Virus record (IMG/VR): IMGVR_UViG_3300033406_000194
Span: 1 to 47,390 of that record
Reading direction: 5' to 3' (one strand)
DNA length: 47,390 nt
From: a virus
Taxonomy: Duplodnaviria; Caudoviricetes
The notes beneath the pieces were generated by a model. That model saw only the letters and a program-made list of their open reading frames with translations. It did not search any database and had not been told where the DNA came from. Position 1 is the stretch's first letter. Each line of letters begins with the position of its first letter. Of this stretch, positions 36,912-44,949 are shown one piece after another. The position numbers were made by a program, and so were the translations under genes.

Positions 36912-37090
36912 TTCGCCTCCTCCACCACCGTCAGACCGTCCACGGCAAACCCGCCACTACGACCTTCCAACAAAACAACTTCCGTTCCGCACAGGCTCCA
37001 AGGCTCGGAGCGCACCGTAAAAACAACGCCCCTATTTTTATCCGCCACGTGGTAGCGGTCATTCATGATCACTCTATCTCCGATTTTCAT
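36908..37090 (-). CDS. Small SH3/KOW-like protein
   Basis: MKIGDRV...; AAAGGA RBS. Confidence 0.65.
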   Translation of the reverse strand: MKIGDRVIMNDRYHVADKNRGVVFTVRSEPWSLCGTEVVLLEGRSGGFAVDGLTVVEEAK

Positions 37091-37091
37091 C

Positions 37092-37187
37092 TTGCTTTTC
37101 CTTTCATACACTCGTATAATGAGGGTGGTTATGTTACTTTCTTAGGCCGCTCTCAGTGTTGCTACCACTGGGGGCGGTTTTATTTTT
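37092..37187 (+). ncRNA. Counter-oriented promoter plus about 60-nt RNA ending in a terminator
   Basis: TTGCTT-17-TATAAT (37092-37120) then hairpin 37146-37178 and TTTTATTTTT. Confidence 0.5.
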
Positions 37188-38226
37188 CATCTGCGCCGCC
37201 TTTGTATTCGATGAATTTATCCGGCTGGCGATTATTAATTTCTTTGAGCGTATGTACTGGTCGGCCTTTATTGTATGGTTCGCTGGTCTCGATGTCGCTA
37301 TCGACCAAACCGTCCTTAAAGGTGTACACCCTGCCGACTGTGTGACATACTCCGGTTGATTCAACGCACACAACCTTCCCGCTCCAGTACTCCGACTCCG
37401 GCTGGTAACCATCGAGGACGAGGTATTCATCTGCGTGGAAGCCTACCCAATCAGTTCCGTTGATTGCCAGAACGGACGGCATACAACCAAACATCTCTAT
37501 TTTTGCAATATCGCCTTTGTGGTGTTTACTGGGGTACTGCTTGTTGGCGTGAGGTTCCTCCTGTAAATACACCCACTCCCCAACCTTCGCGGGGCGGGCA
37601 ACGAGGGGTATGAGGTAATTGGGTACAATTTTTACTCCATTAAATGTGTCAGTTTCAATTGACAGCCCGCAAGTCCAACCATCATCATAGGTAATTCTTG
37701 CCCCATCACGAGCTATCTCGTATACCTCTCCCCTTGTGCACCACTCGCCAGGACTGTAATCCTTCACGCAGTACAGCTTCACGGGTTCCTGCGCGGGCTT
37801 GTCCTCTGCAACAGCTCCCTTAAACGTCACCTCTGCCTGGCGGTAGTCCGTGCCGTACATCAGGCGGTTAAATGCCAACTGTGCGCCGACAGTGTAATTG
37901 TATGTATCCGCAGGATTGCATCTTGCAGCCGCGCTTTTGACCACGCGCTTACCCTCTTTGAGCAGGGCGGTTGTGGTGTGTCCGTCAGTGTGGATGATGA
38001 TGGTCTGACCTATGCCCTCCGCAAAACACTGATCACGCCAAGTCCACGTTGAATTGCTCACTTTATATGCGGTTCCGTAATATGTATCCCATGAGTCGAT
38101 AATCGTGACTTTCTCCCCGGCCATAGCCGCCATGCTATCCGTCACGTAAAATTCATCGCCGAACATGTTGCCCTGAGTTAAATCACTTCTAATTGTCACT
38201 TGATCTCCAACTTTAATTTTTTTCAT
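37180..38226 (-). CDS. Multi-domain hypothetical early protein
   Basis: AAAGGAG RBS; KVGD SH3-like N-terminus; ARCNPADTY motif. Confidence 0.75.
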   Translation of the reverse strand: MKKIKVGDQVTIRSDLTQGNMFGDEFYVTDSMAAMAGEKVTIIDSWDTYYGTAYKVSNSTWTWRDQCFAEGIGQTIIIHTDGHTTTALLKEGKRVVKSAAARCNPADTYNYTVGAQLAFNRLMYGTDYRQAEVTFKGAVAEDKPAQEPVKLYCVKDYSPGEWCTRGEVYEIARDGARITYDDGWTCGLSIETDTFNGVKIVPNYLIPLVARPAKVGEWVYLQEEPHANKQYPSKHHKGDIAKIEMFGCMPSVLAINGTDWVGFHADEYLVLDGYQPESEYWSGKVVCVESTGVCHTVGRVYTFKDGLVDSDIETSEPYNKGRPVHTLKEINNRQPDKFIEYKGGADEK

Positions 38227-38237
38227 GTGATCTCCTT

Positions 38238-38375
38238 TCAAATTTCAATTTCCATATACGACGCCACCACGCACCCTGCCGCAACAAGCAGCACCACGGC
38301 AGCGACAATAGGGTTGTCCGCCGCGCAGACGGTAAGTATCAGACATGCGGCGATGGATTGGAGTTTAGTGCTCAT
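38238..38375 (-). CDS. Small membrane protein (45 aa)
   Basis: AAAGGG RBS; hydrophobic; fills the operon gap. Confidence 0.5.
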   Translation of the reverse strand: MSTKLQSIAACLILTVCAADNPIVAAVVLLVAAGCVVASYMEIEI

Positions 38376-38385
38376 ATGTACCCTT

Positions 38386-38646
38386 TCACATTAAACGATT
38401 TTCGACCAACCGGAAGAAACAAACGCCATCATAGGTAAAAGACTGATATGTCTTGGTGCACCTGACTTTTTTCTCGGCCTGTGCTGCGAGAATGCCAATC
38501 CCGTCAGAAACATGCATGCACGGAAGCCCGTCGTGTTCCTCTCCGCATAGAGTCACAATTACGATACCGTCCGCTTCGGACTCCAAAAGCTCCGCGCGAA
38601 TTTTGGCAATCGCTTTTGCTTTTTCGACCAGCGTATCAATCAACAT
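38386..38646 (-). CDS. Hypothetical protein
   Basis: GAGGAGG RBS. Confidence 0.7.
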   Translation of the reverse strand: MLIDTLVEKAKAIAKIRAELLESEADGIVIVTLCGEEHDGLPCMHVSDGIGILAAQAEKKVRCTKTYQSFTYDGVCFFRLVENRLM

Positions 38647-38658
38647 TGTTTTTCCTCC

Positions 38659-38769
38659 TCATAAGTAATTTTTGTATACGTACACCGCCACGGCAAATAA
38701 AGCGAGGGCAAGCAGACTTTCAAAGAGCTGCTTTGCGAGGTATTTTAAAAGGTTTTTGATGTGGATCAT
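38659..38769 (-). CDS. Small hydrophobic peptide (36 aa)
   Basis: AAAGG RBS; single TM segment. Confidence 0.4.
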   Translation of the reverse strand: MIHIKNLLKYLAKQLFESLLALALFAVAVYVYKNYL

Positions 38770-38826
38770 CCTTTCTTGTAATTTCCTCCCTAATACGGTA
38801 GAATTATCGTGAAGGGAGGTGAAATT

Positions 38827-39033
38827 ATGGTTATGGCCCCAGTTTCTTCTTCCGATATCGCGAGTGTCGGATATGAAGGAAATACACTGTATGTACGTTT
38901 CCATAGCGGCGGAACATACGCATATTCAGGAGTTCCAACGAGCGTTTATCAGCAGTTGATGCGAGCATCATCATTAGGGCGGTACTTTCACGCAAATATT
39001 AAAAACAGATACGCAACCAGTAAAATAGGTTAA
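38827..39033 (+). CDS. KTSC domain protein (counter-oriented moron)
   Basis: VSSS.IASVGY...LYVRF.SG..Y.YSGVP...L..ASSLGRYF..NIK; own promoter TTGTAA-17-TAGAAT (38776-38804); GGAGG RBS. Confidence 0.88.
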   Translation: MVMAPVSSSDIASVGYEGNTLYVRFHSGGTYAYSGVPTSVYQQLMRASSLGRYFHANIKNRYATSKIG

Positions 39034-39392
39034 TCAATGACCACCAGAACAATAGCGGGGCCGTTTACTTCGACGTGCAGGTCTTGGTACGGCTCTGCTT
39101 CTTTTCGCTCTACGCCTTCGCGGGTGGAAAGCTCTTCGACGAGCTTGCACGTGGGAACGGTTTTTAAGTGCGAACCGCCCACTGTGGATTTTTCATTGCC
39201 GAAAGACTGACTGGCAAACTTTATTCCGTCGAGAGCGACAGAAACCGTTCCTATTCGGCTTGCTTCTGCTCTCACCGCGTGTGTAACAATGGCGCGGATT
39301 GCGGCGAGCGAAACAGGGTTATCCTTCTGCCCTTGTAATTCCACTACGAGGGCGGCTATTTCTTTTGGTTCAGCCTCGATGTCGAGTTTCAT
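39030..39392 (-). CDS. Hypothetical protein with BC1881-like C-terminus
   Basis: AAAGGAG RBS; TCKLVEELSTREGV...EPY...GPAIVLVVID. Confidence 0.65.
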   Translation of the reverse strand: MKLDIEAEPKEIAALVVELQGQKDNPVSLAAIRAIVTHAVRAEASRIGTVSVALDGIKFASQSFGNEKSTVGGSHLKTVPTCKLVEELSTREGVERKEAEPYQDLHVEVNGPAIVLVVID

Positions 39393-39412
39393 GGGTTTAC
39401 TCCTTTCTGCGG

Positions 39413-40171
39413 TTAGGCTTCAACGCCCAGAAATTTATTGATGAAATATTGCTGTCCCTTACCGGTGATCAATGGAGTCTTTTTCGTCTCTGAATATTCC
39501 GAATGATCAATATTGATTTCCCTGATTTCCATCAGCTTCATATCCATTGACCTCTGAGACGGGCTGTTGTAATCTCTGCCCGTTGATATCAGATACCCAT
39601 TTGAACGCAACCATTTGAAAAGCCGGGTTCCGCCGATGCTAACACCGTTCTGGCAAATCAGCTTTGCAAGGTCGCGGACAAGTATTGATGTTTTACTGCC
39701 TGCCACGCTGTCAGCAAACAAAACCTTTGGCTTGTCCTGCTCGATCTTGTGTTCCGCAAGCATTCGTGCTTCACGTTCGGTTTTTAATGTAGTTGCAAGC
39801 TGAATTAAGTAATCCGGGTCTGTGAGTGTTCGCTCGATAGTTTCGGCGGTCATATATGCGCCGTGCTTGCGAATGGAGGGCAGGACTTCATCGAAAATCC
39901 AGGATTCAAATTCTTCCGCTCCAGGGAGTTCGGACTTGGCAGCGAGGCGGTAGATGTCGCCTTCGGGGATGAAAAGCATTTCCTGAATTCCACCGTTTGT
40001 GGGGGTGCTCCGTTTTAGGGCACCCTTGCAATGATCCGAAATTGCCTTTTGCGGCTTCGCGTATCCAAGCGCCGCTGCTACGTCCCTTCCGCAGAAAAGA
40101 ACCTTTCCGTTTTCTTCGATAGTGCGGATTTCACCAAAGCGGGGATTACTGAAAATTTGTAGGTCGTTCAT
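39413..40171 (-). CDS. Antirepressor (Bro-N plus KilA-C/ANT)
   Basis: FGEIRT...DVAAALGY, WIFDEVLPSIRKHG, PKVLFAD, TGKGQQYFINKF. Confidence 0.92.
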   Translation of the reverse strand: MNDLQIFSNPRFGEIRTIEENGKVLFCGRDVAAALGYAKPQKAISDHCKGALKRSTPTNGGIQEMLFIPEGDIYRLAAKSELPGAEEFESWIFDEVLPSIRKHGAYMTAETIERTLTDPDYLIQLATTLKTEREARMLAEHKIEQDKPKVLFADSVAGSKTSILVRDLAKLICQNGVSIGGTRLFKWLRSNGYLISTGRDYNSPSQRSMDMKLMEIREINIDHSEYSETKKTPLITGKGQQYFINKFLGVEA

Positions 40172-40234
40172 TAAAACGCTCCTTTCGTAAATTGGGGTAT
40201 TGTGGTAAGATATGTTGGATGGAGGATTGATATA

Positions 40235-40540
40235 ATGAGTAATAAATGGGCACCGATTACTCCTATACCGGAGCGGACTGTAAAAGAAATGGCGGATCAA
40301 ATAACGAAGAATGCAAATGCTCCATTTGAGCACCGACAAAGGAAAGATGATGCGCTGTTTGAGGCATATGATACCTTAAAATCAATCCGCTCTGACTTAG
40401 GTGTAGAAACAGCGGACCGCAAGATGTCTGATGCCGAAAACCTGAAATATACGAAGAAAATGGATGGCATTAATTTATTTCTTGCTATCGTCGGAGTTCT
40501 TTTTGGGGCCGCTGGATTTGTTGTATCTCTCATTAAATAA
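40235..40540 (+). CDS. Counter-oriented membrane-anchored protein (moron)
   Basis: TG-G-TAAGAT extended -10, GGAGG RBS, C-terminal TM helix. Confidence 0.7.
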   Translation: MSNKWAPITPIPERTVKEMADQITKNANAPFEHRQRKDDALFEAYDTLKSIRSDLGVETADRKMSDAENLKYTKKMDGINLFLAIVGVLFGAAGFVVSLIK

Positions 40541-40694
40541 TGCAATTTGGTAAACGAGGTTCGTAACCGTCAAGCCTAGCGCAAAACTAGACAATGCAAT
40601 TGCGACGACTTTGATAATTGGCATTCGCGAAATCCATCCCTTCATAAATTTTGGTGTTATGGTATGGGCGGAATTAGAAAAGATGTCCAGAGAA

Positions 40695-40871
40695 TTAATC
40701 CTCTTTATTCAGCAAATCAGATAAGTCTTTGATCCCCCTAACAACAGACTTCACGCCACTGATAATGAGAAATCCTGATAGGAATCCTTGAACTGCAACT
40801 TCGAGGGTTCCTATTCTCTTCTCTTGGTCTAAAATGATGTCTTGAACGGGTGTGTCACCTTTGATTTCCAT
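40695..40871 (-). CDS. Small protein with hydrophobic segment (58 aa)
   Basis: AAAGGAGG RBS; MEIKGDTPVQD... Confidence 0.6.
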   Translation of the reverse strand: MEIKGDTPVQDIILDQEKRIGTLEVAVQGFLSGFLIISGVKSVVRGIKDLSDLLNKED

Positions 40872-40886
40872 GGTTATAACCTCCTT

Positions 40887-41135
40887 TCATTCGTCTCCTT
40901 GTTGAGCGATATCACTCAGATTGCCAGCGAAGTCATTACAAACCTCATCAAGGGCAATTTCTAAATCATTCACGGGAAACTCGACAAAAAGCTTCGTGGG
41001 TTCGCTTGCGGAGCTTTTTTCTAATCTAAACGACAGACATCTTTTCAGTTCTATGCCGTCTATGTAGATACGGACGCATCTGCGGTTCCCGGCGATTTTT
41101 ACACCATGCATACCATTGTTTTTTAGGTCGTTCAT
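40887..41135 (-). CDS. Hypothetical early protein
   Basis: AAGAGAGG RBS; IYIDGIELK motif. Confidence 0.65.
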   Translation of the reverse strand: MNDLKNNGMHGVKIAGNRRCVRIYIDGIELKRCLSFRLEKSSASEPTKLFVEFPVNDLEIALDEVCNDFAGNLSDIAQQGDE

Positions 41136-41148
41136 TGGGTTTCCTCTC

Positions 41149-41358
41149 TTACCTAGCGAATTCGCAGTTGTCCAATTTACGGGCAATGTCGATTGCGAGG
41201 TATTTATGTTCCTTGCCGGTGTCGTAGCATGTCAGGTCAGCCAAAAATTTTCTAGTCTTTGCTCGGCACATTCCGAGATAAGTTGCTGCATCTGTTGTAG
41301 ACAGAAGAGAACCGTATTGGCGCTTAATGTCGTCGGCAATCTCTTTTTTGGTTGCCAT
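41149..41358 (-). CDS. Excisionase-like winged HTH protein
   Basis: AAAGGAGG RBS; LLSTTDAATYLGM...Y.AIDIA; second gene of the early operon. Confidence 0.6.
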   Translation of the reverse strand: MATKKEIADDIKRQYGSLLSTTDAATYLGMCRAKTRKFLADLTCYDTGKEHKYLAIDIARKLDNCEFAR

Positions 41359-41391
41359 TGTGTAGCCTCCTTTCTGGTTGTTATGTAGTGT

Positions 41392-41739
41392 TCCATTTGT
41401 GGACACTAGGATAAAAAAATAGAAATTACAAAAGACGGGTCGATGATACCTAATTTCTGAACCATGTCTCTTATTTCGGTTGCATTAGGTTCCTGATGAT
41501 TGTTCACAATTCGGTAGGTCTTTGATTTGCACCATCCCATTTCTTTTGCAAACTTATCCACCGTCCCAAATTTCGATACAACCAATCCGCGCAGTGTGAT
41601 ATTGTTCTCCATATATTCACCTCCAACTCTCAAAACGTTCCGTTTGTGGACACCATGATAATAACACCGTTTATCGGTGCTGTCAATCCATTTGTGGACA
41701 TTTTTTTTAAAATTAAAAAATAAATGTTGCATTTGTGGA
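41392..41739. promoter_or_regulatory. Lysis/lysogeny switch: four operators and divergent promoters
   Basis: TCCATTTGTGGA-like sites at 41392, 41639, 41687, 41728; leftward TTGACA-17-TATTAT (41658-41686); rightward TTGCAT-17-TAATAT (41727-41755). Confidence 0.8.
41406..41612 (-). CDS. Cro-like XRE HTH protein
   Basis: FGTVDKFAKEMGW...IVNN..EP...EI...L; GGAGGTG RBS; divergent from the repressor. Confidence 0.85.
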   Translation of the reverse strand: MENNITLRGLVVSKFGTVDKFAKEMGWCKSKTYRIVNNHQEPNATEIRDMVQKLGIIDPSFVISIFLS

Positions 41740-41779
41740 TGCTGTATGTTAATATACTAACCGAAGGAAGTGCTTTTAT

Positions 41780-42124
41780 ATGAAAATAATATCAAATTTT
41801 CCCACCAGATTTTCTGAGTTAATTGACGGCATGTCAATGTCAGAGGTTGGTAGACAAATAGGGCTATCTAAACAAACTGTAAGTGCATATGCTTCTGGAG
41901 ATAGGAATCCGAAAAAACCAACAATAAACGCAATCGCGGCACACTTCAATGTTAGCCCGGTTTGGATCCTAGGGTTTGATGTTGACAAGCATGAAAATAA
42001 GCCCGCCAATATTTCTATTGACGAGCTTAACCCTAAAGTTGTTGAAGTTTTGATGCGGTTATCTTCTTTGCCTGAGGACAAACTCGAGAAGGCGTTAGAC
42101 TATATAAATTATATTGATCGATAG
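41780..42124 (+). CDS. CI-like repressor (XRE HTH, no peptidase S24 domain)
   Basis: SMSEVGRQIGLSKQTVSAYASG.RNP...IAAHFNVSPVWILG; 114 aa with short helical C-terminus. Confidence 0.88.
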   Translation: MKIISNFPTRFSELIDGMSMSEVGRQIGLSKQTVSAYASGDRNPKKPTINAIAAHFNVSPVWILGFDVDKHENKPANISIDELNPKVVEVLMRLSSLPEDKLEKALDYINYIDR

Positions 42125-42212
42125 TTTTAATAAACAATAGGATTTTATCTATTTTGTCCTCTGGCATGTCACGCAGTTTTCTTAAAATTTCATCGTCTAT
42201 TGCAATACCCAT
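42033..42212 (-). CDS. Candidate SinI-like antirepressor (mimic of repressor C-terminus)
   Basis: GGAGG RBS, own consensus promoter, 12/26 identity to the repressor C-terminal helices. Confidence 0.7.
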   Translation of the reverse strand: MGIAIDDEILRKLRDMPEDKIDKILLFIKTIDQYNLYSLTPSRVCPQAKKITASKLQQL

Positions 42213-42241
42213 AGCTACCGCTCCTCCCAATCATTACCTGT

Positions 42242-42270
42242 AGTATAGTACAAATATTCTACTCTGTCAA
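42242..42270 (-). promoter_or_regulatory. SigA promoter with LexA (Cheo) box-like site in the spacer
   Basis: TTGACA-17-TATACT; AGAATATTTGTACT at 42247-42260 versus GAAC-N4-GTTC. Confidence 0.65.
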
Positions 42271-42450
42271 TACAAAAATTGACTCAACTGGTACGCTGAG
42301 GCCTCTCGCGATTTTAAGTCCTACGCTGATTTTTGGTTCATAGCCGTGCTCTATTCTGCTTATTTTTTGTTGATTAATTCCAGCGTATAACGCCAATTGC
42401 TCTTGCGTAATATTCCTATATACCCTCATTTTTGCCACAAGTATTTCCAT
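42259..42450 (-). CDS. XRE-family HTH regulator
   Basis: ITQEQLA..AGINQQKISRIE.G..P...LKIARGL.VPVESIF. Confidence 0.85.
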   Translation of the reverse strand: MEILVAKMRVYRNITQEQLALYAGINQQKISRIEHGYEPKISVGLKIARGLSVPVESIFVLTE

Positions 42451-42658
42451 CTTTTCACCTATTTTAATCCTTAATTTAGACAAAAGCAATAGCATAATCA
42501 AAAACACATCTAATATGAGTAAATTTTAATATTCTTACATTTATGATAACATAATGTTGTCAAATTATTCACGATTTTCTCACCTTTAGAAAATATTAAT
42601 GACAAAATTTCAGACTTATGATAGAATTTTCCTATTCACAAACGAAAGAAGGATTAAT

Positions 42659-43492
42659 ATGAAAAGAACAGCTAGTGTAGTTATTGTCCTCGCTGTAGTA
42701 ATTTTATCTCTCAGTGTTTGCGCTCTCGCTTCGGAGGATGTTACCAATTCAGGAACAGAAACTTTGGTTGCAACCCCGTCCTCCGAAAAGATTTTTGTGG
42801 ATGGCATCCAGAAAAATTTCACTGTATACAACATAGACGGGAGCAATTACATAAAATTACGTGACCTTGGAAAGGCACTATCAAGCACTGACGCAAAATT
42901 TGACGTAAGATATGATGCAACAACAAATTCCGTATATTTAACATCTGGTTTTTATTACACAAGCATCGGGGGGGAATTATCCGGGAATTCTGACGTAGCA
43001 ATGCAAAATATAACCTGCTCATTTGTTAAGCTTAATGGCAGTATGTCGGTTCCTGCCTACAATATCAACGGGAACAACTATTTCAATTTAAGATATATAG
43101 CCAGAATCCTTAACTTCTATGTTCGATATAACCAAGATTCCGATATTGTCAACATCGGGACAGCACAATCTTACGAAGCCGAAAAAACGGATTCAACACC
43201 ACTTTTAGCTCAGTGGAATTTATATTCTGCATTTTTTGACGGCTCGCTGCAATATGCAACCGGAACCGATACTCTTTTAACCATTTCTATATATGATGGT
43301 GGATTAATGGAGTTCAATTCTAATTCAGGATATTTTACGGAAAGTTATGAATTGGACGGAAGCACGATGATTTACCATACTTCAGATGGCATAACCCGCT
43401 TTGTGCCTTATGAGATTTCAACCGATGGTGAGAATACATACCTTACACTTTATTTTGCAAGCGAATACTACACATATATGAAGCAATCTTAA
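42659..43492 (+). CDS. Exported protein with stalk (copper amine oxidase N-terminal-like) repeats
   Basis: Signal peptide; YNIDGSNYIKLRDL and YNINGNNYFNLRYI repeats; lysogeny-region location. Confidence 0.75.
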   Translation: MKRTASVVIVLAVVILSLSVCALASEDVTNSGTETLVATPSSEKIFVDGIQKNFTVYNIDGSNYIKLRDLGKALSSTDAKFDVRYDATTNSVYLTSGFYYTSIGGELSGNSDVAMQNITCSFVKLNGSMSVPAYNINGNNYFNLRYIARILNFYVRYNQDSDIVNIGTAQSYEAEKTDSTPLLAQWNLYSAFFDGSLQYATGTDTLLTISIYDGGLMEFNSNSGYFTESYELDGSTMIYHTSDGITRFVPYEISTDGENTYLTLYFASEYYTYMKQS

Positions 43493-43537
43493 AATAAAAA
43501 TCCGCCTCCCGGTGCTCTAACACCGGGAGGCGGATTT
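43491..43537. terminator. Strong hairpin/terminator upstream of the integrase
   Basis: 17-bp stem AAATCCGCCTCCCGGTG/CACCGGGAGGCGGATTT; U tract on the minus strand. Confidence 0.75.
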
Positions 43538-43611
43538 GGGGGGGAGATTGATTTGGCAACCATCTACCCTTTTATTATAACATATTTATTTTATATTGAA
43601 AGGATTTCTTT

Positions 43612-44739
43612 ATGGGACTTACAATGGGGAAAGACGGCTATTACCGCGCAAGTGCCAGAATTGATGGAAAAAAACATGTTGTTACTGGAAAAAGCGAAGC
43701 CGAAGCGTTTATCAAGCTTGGGCAGCTTAAAGAGAAGTTGGAGCGCGGAGAGCAAAAGCTATGTAAGGACAGCCTAGTAAAGCAATGGGCAGAAGAATGG
43801 CTGTCCACTTATAAAAAAGACACAATGACAGCAAAAAGTTTCGCAACATACCGCCAGAAAATCGATAAACACATTCTGCCTGCCATTGGGGGCATGAAAT
43901 TAAAGGATGTAAAAGACATTCATTTGCAAAAAATATTAAACTCACAAAAAGGCCTGTCTTTTTCGCATCTTTCAAAGCTCAGGATGGTCATGAACCAAAT
44001 GTTTGAAAGGGCTGTAAAGAGCCACCTAATCATTTATAGCCCAGCCTGTGATCTGGTGCTGCCTGATTATAAAAAAGGTACACACCGCAGCGTTTCGGAC
44101 ATGGAGCGCAAAGCAATTGTACATCTTGCAGCATCACATAATTCCGGGCTGTGGGTTCTCACAATTCTTCGTTGTGGCTTGCGCCCTGGCGAAACAATAC
44201 CGCTCCAATGGAAGGATATTGATTTCAAGGCGAAGCGGGTTAGGGTCAGAACGGCGCTAGAAAGTGGCACCAAAGATAATTTCAAAGATCCAAAAACAGA
44301 AGCGGGGATCAGGGATGTCCCTATACCAGATGATTTATTAACCCGCCTTGAAACTGAATGTGGAGGGCCGTTCGAATACATCTTCACGCAGCAAAAGGAT
44401 CAAACAAAGCCTCACACCGAAAGTAGTCTATACTCATACTGGAAATCGTTTAAACGAGATTTGGACATTTCCATGGGAGCAAAGGTTTACAGAAACCAGA
44501 TAGTCATGAGCGTTGTTGCAGAAGATTTAACCCCGTACTGTTTGCGACACACCTATTGCACAGACCTCCAACGCGCCGGGGTACAGCTCAATGTAGCAAA
44601 GTATCTAATGGGGCATTCCGATATCAAGGTAACGGCTAATATTTACACCCACACCACAGATGATGTAATCGAGGCAGCGCTACAATCAATCAATAGCAAA
44701 ACGGCCAAAAATGCATTGAAGGAAACCGCAAGTGGTTAA
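43612..44739 (+). CDS. int: Prophage tyrosine integrase
   Basis: GLRPGE (R), KT.AG.R (K), YCLRHTY, MGHSD...T...Y catalytic motifs; adjacent to att. Confidence 0.95.
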   Translation: MGLTMGKDGYYRASARIDGKKHVVTGKSEAEAFIKLGQLKEKLERGEQKLCKDSLVKQWAEEWLSTYKKDTMTAKSFATYRQKIDKHILPAIGGMKLKDVKDIHLQKILNSQKGLSFSHLSKLRMVMNQMFERAVKSHLIIYSPACDLVLPDYKKGTHRSVSDMERKAIVHLAASHNSGLWVLTILRCGLRPGETIPLQWKDIDFKAKRVRVRTALESGTKDNFKDPKTEAGIRDVPIPDDLLTRLETECGGPFEYIFTQQKDQTKPHTESSLYSYWKSFKRDLDISMGAKVYRNQIVMSVVAEDLTPYCLRHTYCTDLQRAGVQLNVAKYLMGHSDIKVTANIYTHTTDDVIEAALQSINSKTAKNALKETASG

Positions 44740-44812
44740 ACCCGTGGTTAAAATATTTTATCCTGTAGCTTGAAGTATTTGCGGCACAACATATGCAGGT
44801 TTAAAAATCACT

Positions 44813-44858
44813 GACTCTGACTCTGTTTGTGAGGGTTCGAATCCTTCACCCGCTGCCA
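44813..44858 (+). repeat. Right att core (duplicated tRNA-Gln 3' half)
   Basis: Identical to 2319-2364. Confidence 0.96.
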
Positions 44859-44866
44859 TTGATTAT

Positions 44867-44895
44867 GCCTCAAATCGAAAGATTTGGGGCTTTTT
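44867..44895 (+). terminator. Pre-integration terminator of tRNA-Gln
   Basis: GCCTCAAATC-GAAA-GATTTGGGGC-TTTTT. Confidence 0.8.
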
Positions 44896-44949
44896 CATAA
44901 CTTTTTTGCCGATTTTACGGGTTATGGTGAGAAGCTTCCTAACCGTTTC

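Larger units (their letters stand above)
2319..44858. mobile_element. Temperate prophage (contractile-tailed, about 42.5 kb) integrated in tRNA-Gln
   Basis: 46-bp terminal direct repeat of the tRNA 3' half, tyrosine integrase, repressor/cro, and replication, packaging, head, sheath/tube/baseplate and lysis modules with no obvious disruption. Confidence 0.96.

Noticed and set aside
44813-44858. Second tRNA-Gln gene
   Set aside because: Only the 3' 46 nt are present; it is the att duplication
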